A stretch of DNA of 64,000 bases. Origin: an uncultured Candidatus Rokubacteria bacterium (GTDB taxonomy: Bacteria; Methylomirabilota; Methylomirabilia; Rokubacteriales; CSP1-6). The position numbers and the translations under genes are program-made. The stretch is from positions 768,001 through 832,000 of the forward strand of contig CAWBMV010000001.1 in NCBI GenBank assembly GCA_963789955.1. Reading direction: 5' to 3'. The number at the start of each line of letters is the position of its first letter. The first letter of the stretch is position 1. The notes beneath the pieces are model-generated. The model made no database searches and was not told the origin of the DNA. It was given only the letters and a program-made list of their open reading frames with translations. This document shows, in pieces, positions 30,256 to 40,513 of the stretch.

Positions 30256-31389
30256 ATGCGACTCGGCGTCGACGGGCGCGAGCTCCGGCCCGGCGTGCGC
30301 ACGGGGATCGGGCGGTATCTGCTCGAGATCCTGCGCGCTGCTTCGCGCGATGGCTGGTCCTGTGTCGTCTACGGCGACCCCGGAGCGGGACTCGACCAGA
30401 CGCTTGCCGGCGTCACGTTCACGACGCTCGACGGCTCGTGGACCCAGTGGTGGGACCAGGTGACCTTGCCGCGCGCGCTCGCCCGCGACGGCATCACGGT
30501 GTTGCTCTCGCCTTATTACAAGGGTCCGGTCCGCGCACCGTGTCCGGTCGTGCTCACGATCCACGATCTGTACTTCATCAACTATCCCGGACGGCACCGG
30601 CCCGTCTACGAGGCGATCGTGACACGCGCGGCTCGAACGTATGCCGGTCGCGCGACGGCGATCATCAGCGACTCGGAATATTCCAAGCGCGAGATCGTGG
30701 CGCGGCTGGGCGTGAGCGCGGCCAAGGTCAGCGTGATCCCGGTCGCGCTGGGCGCCGAGTTCAGGCCCGCGTCGCTGACGGCAGCGGCCCGTGCGCGGTA
30801 CGCGCTGACGTCGCCCTACGTCCTCTACGTCGGGAACTTCAACCCGCACAAGAACATTCCGAGGCTCATCCGCGGTTTCGCGCTGTTGCCCGGCCCGGTG
30901 CGCAGTCGGCACACGCTCGTCCTGGCCGGCGGCTACGGCGAGGGCCGGCCCGAGCTCGCCCGGCTCGCCGAGTCGCTCGGCCTCACGGACCGGGTGATCT
31001 TCTCGGGCCGAGTAGACGACGCGGATCTCCCCGCGCTCTATTCGGAGGCCGCGGTGTACGTCACGCCGTCCCTGGAAGAAGGCTTCGGCTCGACGGTGCT
31101 CGAGGCGATGGCCTGCGGGGCGCCGGTGATCACCTCGAATCGCGCCGCGCTGCCCGAGGTCGTCGGGGACGCGGGTCTCCTCTTCGACGCGGAGCAGGAG
31201 CGAGAGCTCGCGTCGGTGCTCGCGCGCGTGCTGTCCGATCCCGCGCTCGCCGACGATCTCCGGCGCCGTTCGATCGCGCGCGCGGGACTCTACACACCGG
31301 CACGCACCACCGGGCGCATCCTGGCGCTCCTGCGCGACGTGAACGACCGCGTCGTCGCGTCTGAGCCCGCGCCCGTGGGGACACGCTGA
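30256..31389 (+). CDS. GT4 glycosyltransferase (MtfB-like)
   Basis: TGIGRY, LTIHDL, HKNI, PSLEEGFG...EAMACG. Confidence 0.9.
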   Translation: MRLGVDGRELRPGVRTGIGRYLLEILRAASRDGWSCVVYGDPGAGLDQTLAGVTFTTLDGSWTQWWDQVTLPRALARDGITVLLSPYYKGPVRAPCPVVLTIHDLYFINYPGRHRPVYEAIVTRAARTYAGRATAIISDSEYSKREIVARLGVSAAKVSVIPVALGAEFRPASLTAAARARYALTSPYVLYVGNFNPHKNIPRLIRGFALLPGPVRSRHTLVLAGGYGEGRPELARLAESLGLTDRVIFSGRVDDADLPALYSEAAVYVTPSLEEGFGSTVLEAMACGAPVITSNRAALPEVVGDAGLLFDAEQERELASVLARVLSDPALADDLRRRSIARAGLYTPARTTGRILALLRDVNDRVVASEPAPVGTR

Positions 31390-33291
31390 TGTGCGGGATC
31401 GCCGGCCACGTCGGCCCCACGCCGCCGGAGCTCTTGCCCACGATGCTCGGGCTCCTCAAGCACCGCGGGCCCGACGACTCGGGGATCCACGCCGCCGGTG
31501 AGGTCGGGCTCGGAATGACCCGCCTGGCGATCATCGATCTCGTGACCGGACGGCAGCCGATGAGCGACGAGACCGGGCGCTACTGGGTCGTCTTCAACGG
31601 CGAGATCTACAACTTCCGCCAGCTCCGCGCCGAGCTCATGACGGCCGGGCGCCGGTTCCGCACGCGGAGCGACACCGAGGTGATCCTGCACGCGTACGCG
31701 GTCCACGGCGAAGCGTGCGTGGAACGGCTCGCCGGGATGTTCGCCTTCGCCATCTGGGACGACGCCGAGCGCCGCCTGTTCATCGCGCGCGACCGGCTCG
31801 GGAAGAAGCCGCTCTACTACTGGCACCGCGACCGGCTCTTTCTCTTCGCGTCGGAGCCCAAGGCGCTCCTGTGCCATCCGGCCGTCACCCGATCGATCGA
31901 CTGGACGGCGCTCCATCACTACCTCGCCTTCGGCTACACACCGGCGACGCGCTCGATCTTCGACTCGATCCAGAAGCTCCCGCCCGCGCACACGGCGACG
32001 CTCGCGGGCGGCCGCCTCACGCAGCGCCGCTACTGGGATCTGCCCAGGGTGACGGCGTCCGCAGGAGCTCGCGTCACGCGGGAGGAGAGCGTCGTGGCGA
32101 TCCGCGCGGCATTGCGTGACGCGGTCCGCCTCCGCCTCGAGAGCGACGTGCCGCTGGGCGTGTTCCTGTCGGGCGGCGTCGACTCGAGCGCGGTCGTGGC
32201 CAGCATGCGCGAGGTGACGTCGGGCCGAATCGCCACCTTCTCGGTCGGCTTCGGGCGCGCCGCGCCGTCCTACGACGAGCTGCCAGTACGCACGGCTGGT
32301 GGCGCAACGCTTCGCGACCGACCATCACGAGGAGATCCTCGAGCCCGACGTCCGCGCGATCCTGCCGGACATCGTGCGCGCGTTCGACGAGCCGTTCGCC
32401 GACTCCTCGGCGATTCCCACGTACGTCGTCGCGCAGGCGACCGCGCGCCACGTCAAGGTCGCGCTCTCGGGAATCGGCGGCGACGAGACGTTCGGCGGCT
32501 ATCCGCGCTATCTCGGGCTCCGGGTCTCGGCGCTCCACGGCAAGCTCCCGCGCTGGCTGCGTCACGCCGCTCGGGCGCTCGTCGTCCGGCTGCCCGACTC
32601 GGCGTCGAGCCGGAACTGGGCCGACTGGGCCCGGCGCTTCACGGCCGAGCCCGATGCCGCGCCCGGCGATCGCTACATCGGCTGGACCCGGTTCTTCGGC
32701 GACACGGCGCTCGCGCGCCTCGTCACGCCCGCGCTGGCCGCGCATCTCGGCGCCGGCGTGGACGAGCTCCAGCAGCGCGCCTTCGCGACCGGCGGCCACG
32801 GCGACCCGGTGGACGGCGCCTTCCGCGTCGATCTCGCCGCCTACCTCCCGGACGATCTCCTGACGATGGCGGATCGGATGAGCATGGCCAGCTCGCTCGA
32901 GGTGCGCGCGCCCTTCTGCGATCACCGGATCATCGAGGAGAGCCTGCGGCTCTCGCCGCGGAGCAAGATGCCGGGCGGCCGGCTGAAAGGACTCCTGAAG
33001 ACGGCGTTTGCCGGCGTGCTGCCCGACGAGGTGCTCGCGCATCGCAAGCAGGGCTTCATGATTCCGCTCGGCGAGTGGCTCCGCCGCGACCTGCGGCCGA
33101 CCCTCGACGATCTGCTGGCGCCGGACTGTGTCCGCGCGCGAGGCCTGTTCGAGGCGGGCGCCGTCGAAGTCCTGAAGCGCGAGCATCTGAGCGGCGCGCG
33201 CACCCACGCCGATCGGCTCTGGACGCTGATGATGCTCGAGCTGTGGATGCGCGAATACCTCGACGACCGCGGCCGCTGGAGCCTGCGGTGA
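31389..33291 (+). CDS. asnB: Asparagine synthase (glutamine-hydrolysing)-type amidotransferase; frameshift near 32290
   Basis: MCGIAG, HRGPD, FNGEIYN, LSGGVDSS, GGDETFGGY, DRMSMASSLEVRAPF. Confidence 0.93.
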
Positions 33292-33298
33292 CCCGCGC

Positions 33299-35464
33299 AT
33301 GAACGGCCGGCTGCGCGTGCTCATGGTCTCCGACGTCTCACCGTCGCGGCCGCTGGGCGGGGGCGAGCGGATGCTCTGGGAGCAGGCGCGGCGTCTCGCC
33401 GGGCGCGGTCACGACGTGCGGGTGGTCAGCCGCGCCGACCCCGACGCGACCGCGCCGGTCTCGATCGAGCGCGAGGGCGTGAGGATCCGGCAGTTCATCG
33501 CCGACCGGCGCTCGATCGCGCGATTCATCAGGAGCTCGGTCTTCGAAGCGCGTCGTGCCGTGGCGGCGGCGCTGAGCGAAGAGCCGGCCGACGTGCTGCA
33601 CGTCCATCAGCCGCTCGCCGGGTACGGCGCGCTCGCGTCACGCGCCGGCGCTCGGCTCCCGAGCCTCTACAGCTTCTACTCGCCGGCGCCGCTCGAGTAT
33701 CGTTCGCGCCACGGGATGACGGCGCGCCATCGCGCCGGACTGTTCGGCGCGACGGGCACCGCGATGCTCTGGGCGATCGAGCGCGCCTGCCTCAGACGCG
33801 CTCGCCTCGTCCACGTGCTGAGCGACTTCTCCGCCGAGCAGCTCTGGAAGCTCTACGCCGTACCGCGGGAGCGCATCGTGCGAATCCGCGGCGCCGCGGC
33901 GACGGATCGGTTCGCGCCGGCGCCCGACCGCGGAGCGATCCGAGGCGCGCTCGGGCTTCCGACCGATCGCCCGCTGCTCCTGACCGTGCGCAACCTGGAA
34001 GCGCGGATGGGCCTCGACAACCTGATCGAAGCGATGAGTCGTCTGAAAGCCCGCTATCCGAGCGCCGTGTTGCTGATCGGCGGCGCCGGCTCCCTTCGCG
34101 GCGCGCTCGAGGCGCAGAGCCGGGCGCTCGGCCTCGGCGATCACGTGAGGTTCCTGGGCTTCGTGCCCGACGCCGACCTGCCACGGTACTACCAGGCCGC
34201 GGACCTCTTCGTGCTGCCCACGCGCGAGCTCGAGGGATTCGGGCTCGTCACGGTGGAGGCGCTCGCCTGCGGGACGCCCGTTCTCGGCACGCCCGTCGGC
34301 GCCACGCCCGAGATCTTGAGAACCTTGTGCCCGTCGCTCGTGTTCCGCGGGACGACGCCCGAGGTGATGGCCGAGGATCTCGAGCGCTTCCTCGCGGACA
34401 AGCAACGCGATCCGGACGCCTACGCGCGGCTCCGCGCGGCGTGTCGCGAGCACGTCGAGCGCCACTACACCTGGGAGCGCGCCACCGACGAGCTCGACGG
34501 GACGCTCCGGCACCTGGCGAGCGCCGGCGGTGAGGTCATGCCGTCGAAGATGCCGGCGACGCTCTCCGGAGGCGATCCGGCTTCGAGCTGCGCCGCGTGC
34601 GGTAGCGTGACCCGTCGGAGCGCGCTCGTCTATCGAGGCGTGCGCTATCGCCGCTGTCCGAGCTGTCGGAGCTCGCTGTCGACGGAGCTGCCGACAGAAT
34701 CCGAGCTGCGGCACACGTACGAGACGGAGTATCCGCTCCTCTTTGCCCCGGAGCAGGTGACCTCGGAGCGGACGCGCCTGTTCGGCGCGCTCCTCGACCG
34801 GCTCGCGGCGCTGGGCCGCGAGCCGTCCAAGCGCCCACGCCTGATCGACGTGGGATCCGGCGGCGGGCACCTGGCCGGGCTCGCGCACGGCCGTCGCTGG
34901 CTCGCGATCAGCACGGACATCGCGCACCCGGCGTGTGCCGTCGCCCGGCGAGCGGGCGAGACGCCGGCGATCCAGGCCGACGGCGCGCTCCTGCCGTTCC
35001 GCGGCGGGACGGCCGACATGGTGACCCTGGTCAACGTGGTCGATCAGGCGCACGAGCCGCTCACGATCCTGCGCGAGGCCCATCGGGTGCTCGCCACCGG
35101 CGGGCTGCTCGCCCTTCGCGTGCCCAACGCTCGGTTTCACCGGCCGTGGGCGAGACTCCTGATCGCGCTCGGCCCGCTGGTGAGATCTCGCGGCTGGGAT
35201 ACCTACCCGGCGGTCCACCACTTCGCGTTCACGCCGGCGGGTCTCCGGCAGCTCGTGGAACGCGCGGGCTTTCAGGTGCTCGAGATCTCGAATTCCGCGC
35301 CGGCCTCCCGGGAGCCCGTGGCGAAGACCGCGGCCGTCGACACCTTGCCGCACTGGGGCCGCGCGACGATCGCCGCGGGCGCGGCGGCGGTGGCCGAGCT
35401 CTCGCGCGACCGCTGGCTCGTCGGACCGTCGGTGGAGCTCTACGCGCGCAAGGGGCCGCGATGA
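33299..35464 (+). CDS. GT4 glycosyltransferase fused to a Zn-ribbon and SAM methyltransferase
   Basis: EGFGLVTVEALACG, then CAAC...CPSC and LIDVGSGGG in one ORF. Confidence 0.75.
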   Translation: MNGRLRVLMVSDVSPSRPLGGGERMLWEQARRLAGRGHDVRVVSRADPDATAPVSIEREGVRIRQFIADRRSIARFIRSSVFEARRAVAAALSEEPADVLHVHQPLAGYGALASRAGARLPSLYSFYSPAPLEYRSRHGMTARHRAGLFGATGTAMLWAIERACLRRARLVHVLSDFSAEQLWKLYAVPRERIVRIRGAAATDRFAPAPDRGAIRGALGLPTDRPLLLTVRNLEARMGLDNLIEAMSRLKARYPSAVLLIGGAGSLRGALEAQSRALGLGDHVRFLGFVPDADLPRYYQAADLFVLPTRELEGFGLVTVEALACGTPVLGTPVGATPEILRTLCPSLVFRGTTPEVMAEDLERFLADKQRDPDAYARLRAACREHVERHYTWERATDELDGTLRHLASAGGEVMPSKMPATLSGGDPASSCAACGSVTRRSALVYRGVRYRRCPSCRSSLSTELPTESELRHTYETEYPLLFAPEQVTSERTRLFGALLDRLAALGREPSKRPRLIDVGSGGGHLAGLAHGRRWLAISTDIAHPACAVARRAGETPAIQADGALLPFRGGTADMVTLVNVVDQAHEPLTILREAHRVLATGGLLALRVPNARFHRPWARLLIALGPLVRSRGWDTYPAVHHFAFTPAGLRQLVERAGFQVLEISNSAPASREPVAKTAAVDTLPHWGRATIAAGAAAVAELSRDRWLVGPSVELYARKGPR

Positions 35465-36623
35465 GCCTGCGCGTCCTGCACCCGATCACGCGGCTCACGC
35501 TCGGCGGCTCGTCGGAGAACACGATCGCGTCGTGCGTCGCGCTCGATCGCGCCGGCTACGACTGCATCCTGGCGACGTCGTTCCGGGAGTCCGACGCCTC
35601 GTCGCTCGCCGACGCGCGGCGGCGCGGGTGCCGGGTCGTCGACATTCCGGCGCTGGGGCGCGAGGTGGCGCCGCTCGCCGACCTCACCGCGCTCGCCGAG
35701 CTCGTGCGGTTGATCCGGCGCGAGCGGCCGGCGATCGTCCACACGCACACCTCGAAGGCCGGATTCATCGGCCGCCTCGCGGCGGTGATCGCGCGTGTGC
35801 CCGCGGTGATCCACCAGCCGCACGGCCACATCTTCTACGGCTACTACAGCCCGCGCCGGACGGCCGTCTTCACCACGCTCGAGCGCCGGGCGGCGCGCTG
35901 GACCGACCGCATCATCACGTTGACCGATCGCGGCACCCAGGAGCATCTGGCGCGCGATATCGGGCGCGCCGAGCAGTACGTCGCGGTGCCGAGCGGCGTG
36001 CCGACCGACCGAGCTTCGCGCCGCGGCGCCCGCCGCGCGGCGGGGCGCGCGCGCGTCTGGGCCTCGATCCTGACGCGTTCGTCGTGGTGGGCCTCGGTCG
36101 TCTGGTGCCGATCAAGGGCTTCGATCTTCTCGCTCGCGCCCTTCCGGCCGTCGTCGCGCAGATCCCGTCGGCACGGGTGCTGCTCGTGGGTGACGGCGCC
36201 GAGCGGGCGCATCTCGGGGCGATCGCCGCGTCGATGGGAGTGACCGAGCGGCTCCGGATGACGGGCGAGACCACCGATATGGCGTCGTACCTGGCGGCCG
36301 CCGACGTCGTGGCCGTGCCGTCGCGGAATGAAGGGATGGGGCGTGTCATCGTCGAGGCAATGGCGCTCGGGCTGCCGGTCGTCGCGACCGCGGTCGGCGG
36401 GATTCCCGACGTCGTCACCGATGGCGAGTGCGGCCGACTGGTCGAGCCCGAAGACGTCGATGCGCTGGCGGCGGCGCTGATCGAGCTCGGACGGGACCCC
36501 GCGCTACGGCGCAAGCTCGGCGAGGCCGCGGTGCGGCGAGCCGAGGCGTTCTCGACGGCCGTCGCGAGCGAGAAGCTGCTGGCGGTCTACGCGACCTTGG
36601 TTCGCGCCAAGGGGCTTCGGTGA
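35461..36623 (+). CDS. GT4 glycosyltransferase; frameshift near 36010-36040
   Basis: HTHTSKAG, IKGFD, PSRNEGMG...EAMA. Confidence 0.88.
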
Positions 36624-38098
36624 TTCGTCGCGCCGCGTGGCTCGCCGTCGTGGTGTGCGCCCTGGCCGGCGTGGCGATCTCGATCGCCGGCACGGCGGAC
36701 GCGCTCGAGCGGCTGCCGTCGGTGCTCCATCTCCATTCGGATCTCTCCACCGGCGATTTCGCGCTGGAGCAGCTCACCGCGATGGCCGAGAAGCAGGGGA
36801 TCGGGGCGCTCCTCCTCACCGAGAACTATCTCCTGCGCGTCGAGTACGGGCTGCCGCCATTCAGGGCGCTGACTCGCGCGGTTCGCGACGAGCGCTCGGT
36901 GCTCGATCTCGGGATCGATCGCTACCTCGAGCGCGTCGCCCAGGCGCGCGCGGCGAACCCGCGTGTCCTGATCGTCCCCGGCGTGGAGGTGCTGCCGCAC
37001 TACTACTGGACCGGGTCGCCGCTGGCGCTCGACATGGCGGTACACGAGACGCAGAAGAACATGCTGCTCTTCGGTCTCGACGAGGCGGGGCTGCGCGCGC
37101 TGCCGGTCACCGGTCACAGGATCGGCGGGTTCGGCTGGTCGTCGGTGCTCGACGCGCTGCCGGCCCTTCTCGTCATACCCGGCGTCTATCTGCTCATGCG
37201 CAAGCGGCGCGGACTTCGCCGGGTCGGCCGTGTGGTGGTCGTGGTCACGCAGCGCCGATGGGTCGCCGGCGCGATCCTCTGCGGCGTCGCGGTGCTGGCG
37301 GTCGTGCGCGGATGGCCGTTCGCCGAGGATCCGTACCCGCCGTACCACGATCTCGGGCTCGCCCCGCATCAAGATCTCATCGACTACGTCGACCGGCTGG
37401 GCGGCGTCACCGTGTGGTCGTTTCCCGAGGCGCGCGATGCGGGCGAGCAGTGGATGGGACCGGTCAAGGTCTCCTGGTACACGCCGCCGTACCCCGACGA
37501 TCTCCTGAGGACGGCGCGGTACACGGCCTTCGGCGCCGTGTACGAGGACACGACGCGCGTCGAGCGGCCCGGGGGATCCTGGGACCGCTTGCTCGGCGAG
37601 TTCGCGGCCGGAGACCGGAGCCGGCCCGGGTGGGCCGTGGGCGAATCGGGCTTCCACGGATTCACGGCGGGCAAGACCCTCGGGAAGATCCGCACCGTGT
37701 TCCTGGTCGAGGAGCGGACCGAGCGCGCCGTGCTCGACGCGCTGAAGCGCGGACGGTTCTACGCGGTGGAGCAGGACGCCGGGGCGGAGCTGTCGCTGAC
37801 GGAATTCTCGGTCCGCGCCGGGAGCTCCGTCGCGATCTCGGGAGATGTCGCGCGCGCCTCCGAGGCGACGCCGGTCGAGGTCACGATCGCCGTGGAGGCG
37901 ACCGCGGGCACGGCGGCGGCTCGCGACGTGCGCGTGACCCTCGTGCGCAACGGCACGGTCGTCAGAGCGTGGACGGGACCGCCGCCGTTTCGGACCGTTC
38001 ACCGCGACGTCTTCGACGGCTCGCCGACGTTCTACCGGCTCGAGGTGCGCGGGCCCGGACGTCTACTCAGCAACCCGATCTTCGTGAGACGCCTGTGA
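36620..38098 (+). CDS. Membrane-anchored PHP-like domain protein
   Basis: LHLHS, LLTEN, PGVEV, GESGFHG, LKRGRFY, LSNPIFV, with an internal TM hairpin. Confidence 0.7.
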   Translation: MIRRAAWLAVVVCALAGVAISIAGTADALERLPSVLHLHSDLSTGDFALEQLTAMAEKQGIGALLLTENYLLRVEYGLPPFRALTRAVRDERSVLDLGIDRYLERVAQARAANPRVLIVPGVEVLPHYYWTGSPLALDMAVHETQKNMLLFGLDEAGLRALPVTGHRIGGFGWSSVLDALPALLVIPGVYLLMRKRRGLRRVGRVVVVVTQRRWVAGAILCGVAVLAVVRGWPFAEDPYPPYHDLGLAPHQDLIDYVDRLGGVTVWSFPEARDAGEQWMGPVKVSWYTPPYPDDLLRTARYTAFGAVYEDTTRVERPGGSWDRLLGEFAAGDRSRPGWAVGESGFHGFTAGKTLGKIRTVFLVEERTERAVLDALKRGRFYAVEQDAGAELSLTEFSVRAGSSVAISGDVARASEATPVEVTIAVEATAGTAAARDVRVTLVRNGTVVRAWTGPPPFRTVHRDVFDGSPTFYRLEVRGPGRLLSNPIFVRRL

Positions 38099-38114
38099 TC
38101 GCGGCCGGCCGCCG

Positions 38115-38838
38115 ATGAAGATCGCCATCCACCAGCCGCACTACCTGCCGTGGCTCGGCTACTTCGCCAAATGGGCCGCCGCCGACCTGTTCATTTTTCT
38201 CGACACCGTGCAGTACGAGAAGAACGGCTGGCAGAACCGCAACCGGATCAAGACGCGCGAGGGACCACGGTGGCTGACCGTGCCGGTTCGCGCCAAGCTG
38301 GGCACTCCGATCCGCGACGTGCTGGTCGACTCGAGCCAGAACTGGTGCTCCCGCCACCTCGCCACGATCGAGAGCGCGTACAGCGGAGCTCAGGGGTGGC
38401 GCCGATACCGCGACGAGCTCCACGCGTTCTACGGCCGGACGTGGGACCACCTTGCTCCCGTCGCGATCGCCAGTGCCGAATGGCTGGCCGGCAAGCTCGG
38501 AGTCACGACGCCGACCCGGCTCGCATCGGAGCTGGGGCTCCCGGCGGAGGCGCAGGGTGACGCGACTGCCCGATTGGTCGGGCTCTGCCGCGCGGTCGGC
38601 GCCGATACCTATCTAGCCGGCCGGGACGGCGCCCTTTATATGGATATCGCGCAGTTCGAGGCGGCCGGGATCGCCGTCGAAACCCAGCAGTACGAGCACC
38701 CCGTCTATGGCCAGGAACATGGTGAATTTGCTCCGTTTCTTTCGACCCTTGACCTACTATTGAATCACGGCGATGAGGCCCTCGGAGATCCTCAGTGAGG
38801 GCAGCACGTGGTCGCGCCTCTCGCCCGAGACGAAATAA
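38115..38838 (+). CDS. WbqC family protein; probable frameshift near 38785
   Basis: IAIHQPHYLPWLGYF, QNRNRIK, LSTLDLL. The corrected frame ends TAA just before the next GTG. Confidence 0.9.
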
Positions 38839-39453
38839 GTGAACATCCTCGCCCTCGGCGCCCATCCCGACGACATCGAGTACGGCTGCGGCGGCATGCT
38901 CGCCAAGTACGCGCTGCGGGGTCACGCGGTCTACATGTTCGTCGCCTCGGACGGAGCGCTCGGTGGCGAGTCCGAGGTGCGCCGGCGCGAGCAGAAGGAC
39001 GCGGCCCGGATCCTGGGCGTGCGCGAGGTGTTCTGGGGCGACTATCGCGATACCGAGGTGCCGCTGACGCGCGAGCTGATCGTCCGTCTCGAGGCGGTGA
39101 TCCGCAAGACCGACCCGCGCATGATCTTCGTCAACTCGCCCGAGGACACGCACCAGGACCACCGCAACCTGGCCCAGAGCGCGATGTCGGCGACGCGCTA
39201 CGTGCCGAACCTCCTGTTCTTCGAAGTGCCCTCGACGGTGAACTTCACGCCGAACTGCGCCACCGACATCGCCGACGTGCTCGAGACGAAGCTGGCCGGG
39301 CTCGCGGCGCACGAATCCCAGGTGACGAAGACCAACATCGAGGACCTGACGATCCTGGAGCTCGCTCGGTCGTGCGCGAACTTCCGCGGCATCCAGGCGC
39401 GAGTCAAGTTCGCGGAGGCCTTCCAGTCGGTCCGACTGCTCCTGAATCTCTGA
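38839..39453 (+). CDS. PIG-L/LmbE family deacetylase
   Basis: AHPDDIE, HQDH, HESQ. Confidence 0.92.
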   Translation: MNILALGAHPDDIEYGCGGMLAKYALRGHAVYMFVASDGALGGESEVRRREQKDAARILGVREVFWGDYRDTEVPLTRELIVRLEAVIRKTDPRMIFVNSPEDTHQDHRNLAQSAMSATRYVPNLLFFEVPSTVNFTPNCATDIADVLETKLAGLAAHESQVTKTNIEDLTILELARSCANFRGIQARVKFAEAFQSVRLLLNL

Positions 39454-39454
39454 G

Positions 39455-40513
39455 GTGATTGCCGGGGCTGAGCGCATCATTCCCCACTCGCGGCCGACCC
39501 TGAGCGACGACGACGCCGAGCGTGTCGCGCGTGTCGTCCGCGGCGGCCAGCTCGCGCAGGGGCCCGAGGTCGCGGGACTCGAGCACGAGCTCGCACTTCG
39601 GCTAGGCGTTTCCGCCGCGGCGGCCGTCAGCTCCGGTAGCGCGGCCCTCGAGCTCGCGCTCCGTGCCCTGGCAGTGGGCCCGGGCGACGAGGTCATCATC
39701 CCGACCTACGTCTGCGACGCGGTGTACCAGGCGGTCACACGCTGCGGCGGGAGCCCGGTGCTGGCCGATGCCGATCCCGAGACGCTCGGACTCTCCGCCG
39801 AGGACGCGGCCCGCCGGCGCACGCCGCGAACACGCGCGGTCATCGTCGTGCACCCGTTCGGGCTCGCGGTCGACCTCGCCGACTTCCAGCGCCTGGGTGT
39901 CCCGCTCGTCGAGGACTGTGCGCAGACGCTCGGCGCCACCCTCGGAGGGCGACAGGTCGGCGCGCGGGGCGGACTCGCGGTGTGCTCCTTCTACGCGACC
40001 AAGCTCCTCACCACGGGTGAGGGGGGAGCGGTCGTGGGCCCCGCCGATCTCGTCGCGCGCGCGCGGGACACGCGCGACTACGACGAGCGCACCGAGCTGA
40101 CGCCGCGCTTCAACTACAAGATGACCGACATGCAGGCCGCGCTCGGCCGGAGCCAGCTGGCGCGGCTGGACACCTTCATCGCGCGGCGCCGCGCGCTCGC
40201 CGCGCGCTATCGCGCGTCGCTGGCGCGCGCGCCACGCTGCCGCGTGCCGGCCGACGCCGGCGAGCGTCACGTGTACCACCGCTTCGTGATCGCGGTCGAC
40301 ACGCCGCTCGATCCCGTTCTGGCGCACCTCGAGCGCCGGGGGGTCGCGGCTCGGCGTCCGGTCTTTCGTCCGATCCACCGGGCGCTCGGGCTCTCGGGCT
40401 ATCCGAATGCCGAGCGGCTGTGGAGTCAGTGCCTGTCGATTCCGTGCTATCCGCTCCTCACCGATGGCGAGGCCGATACGGTCGCCTCCGCGCTCGCCGA
40501 GGCGCTCGCGTGA
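39455..40513 (+). CDS. DegT/DnrJ/EryC1/StrS aminotransferase
   Basis: SSGSAAL, EDCAQ, SFYATKLLTTGEGG. Confidence 0.92.
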   Translation: MIAGAERIIPHSRPTLSDDDAERVARVVRGGQLAQGPEVAGLEHELALRLGVSAAAAVSSGSAALELALRALAVGPGDEVIIPTYVCDAVYQAVTRCGGSPVLADADPETLGLSAEDAARRRTPRTRAVIVVHPFGLAVDLADFQRLGVPLVEDCAQTLGATLGGRQVGARGGLAVCSFYATKLLTTGEGGAVVGPADLVARARDTRDYDERTELTPRFNYKMTDMQAALGRSQLARLDTFIARRRALAARYRASLARAPRCRVPADAGERHVYHRFVIAVDTPLDPVLAHLERRGVAARRPVFRPIHRALGLSGYPNAERLWSQCLSIPCYPLLTDGEADTVASALAEALA

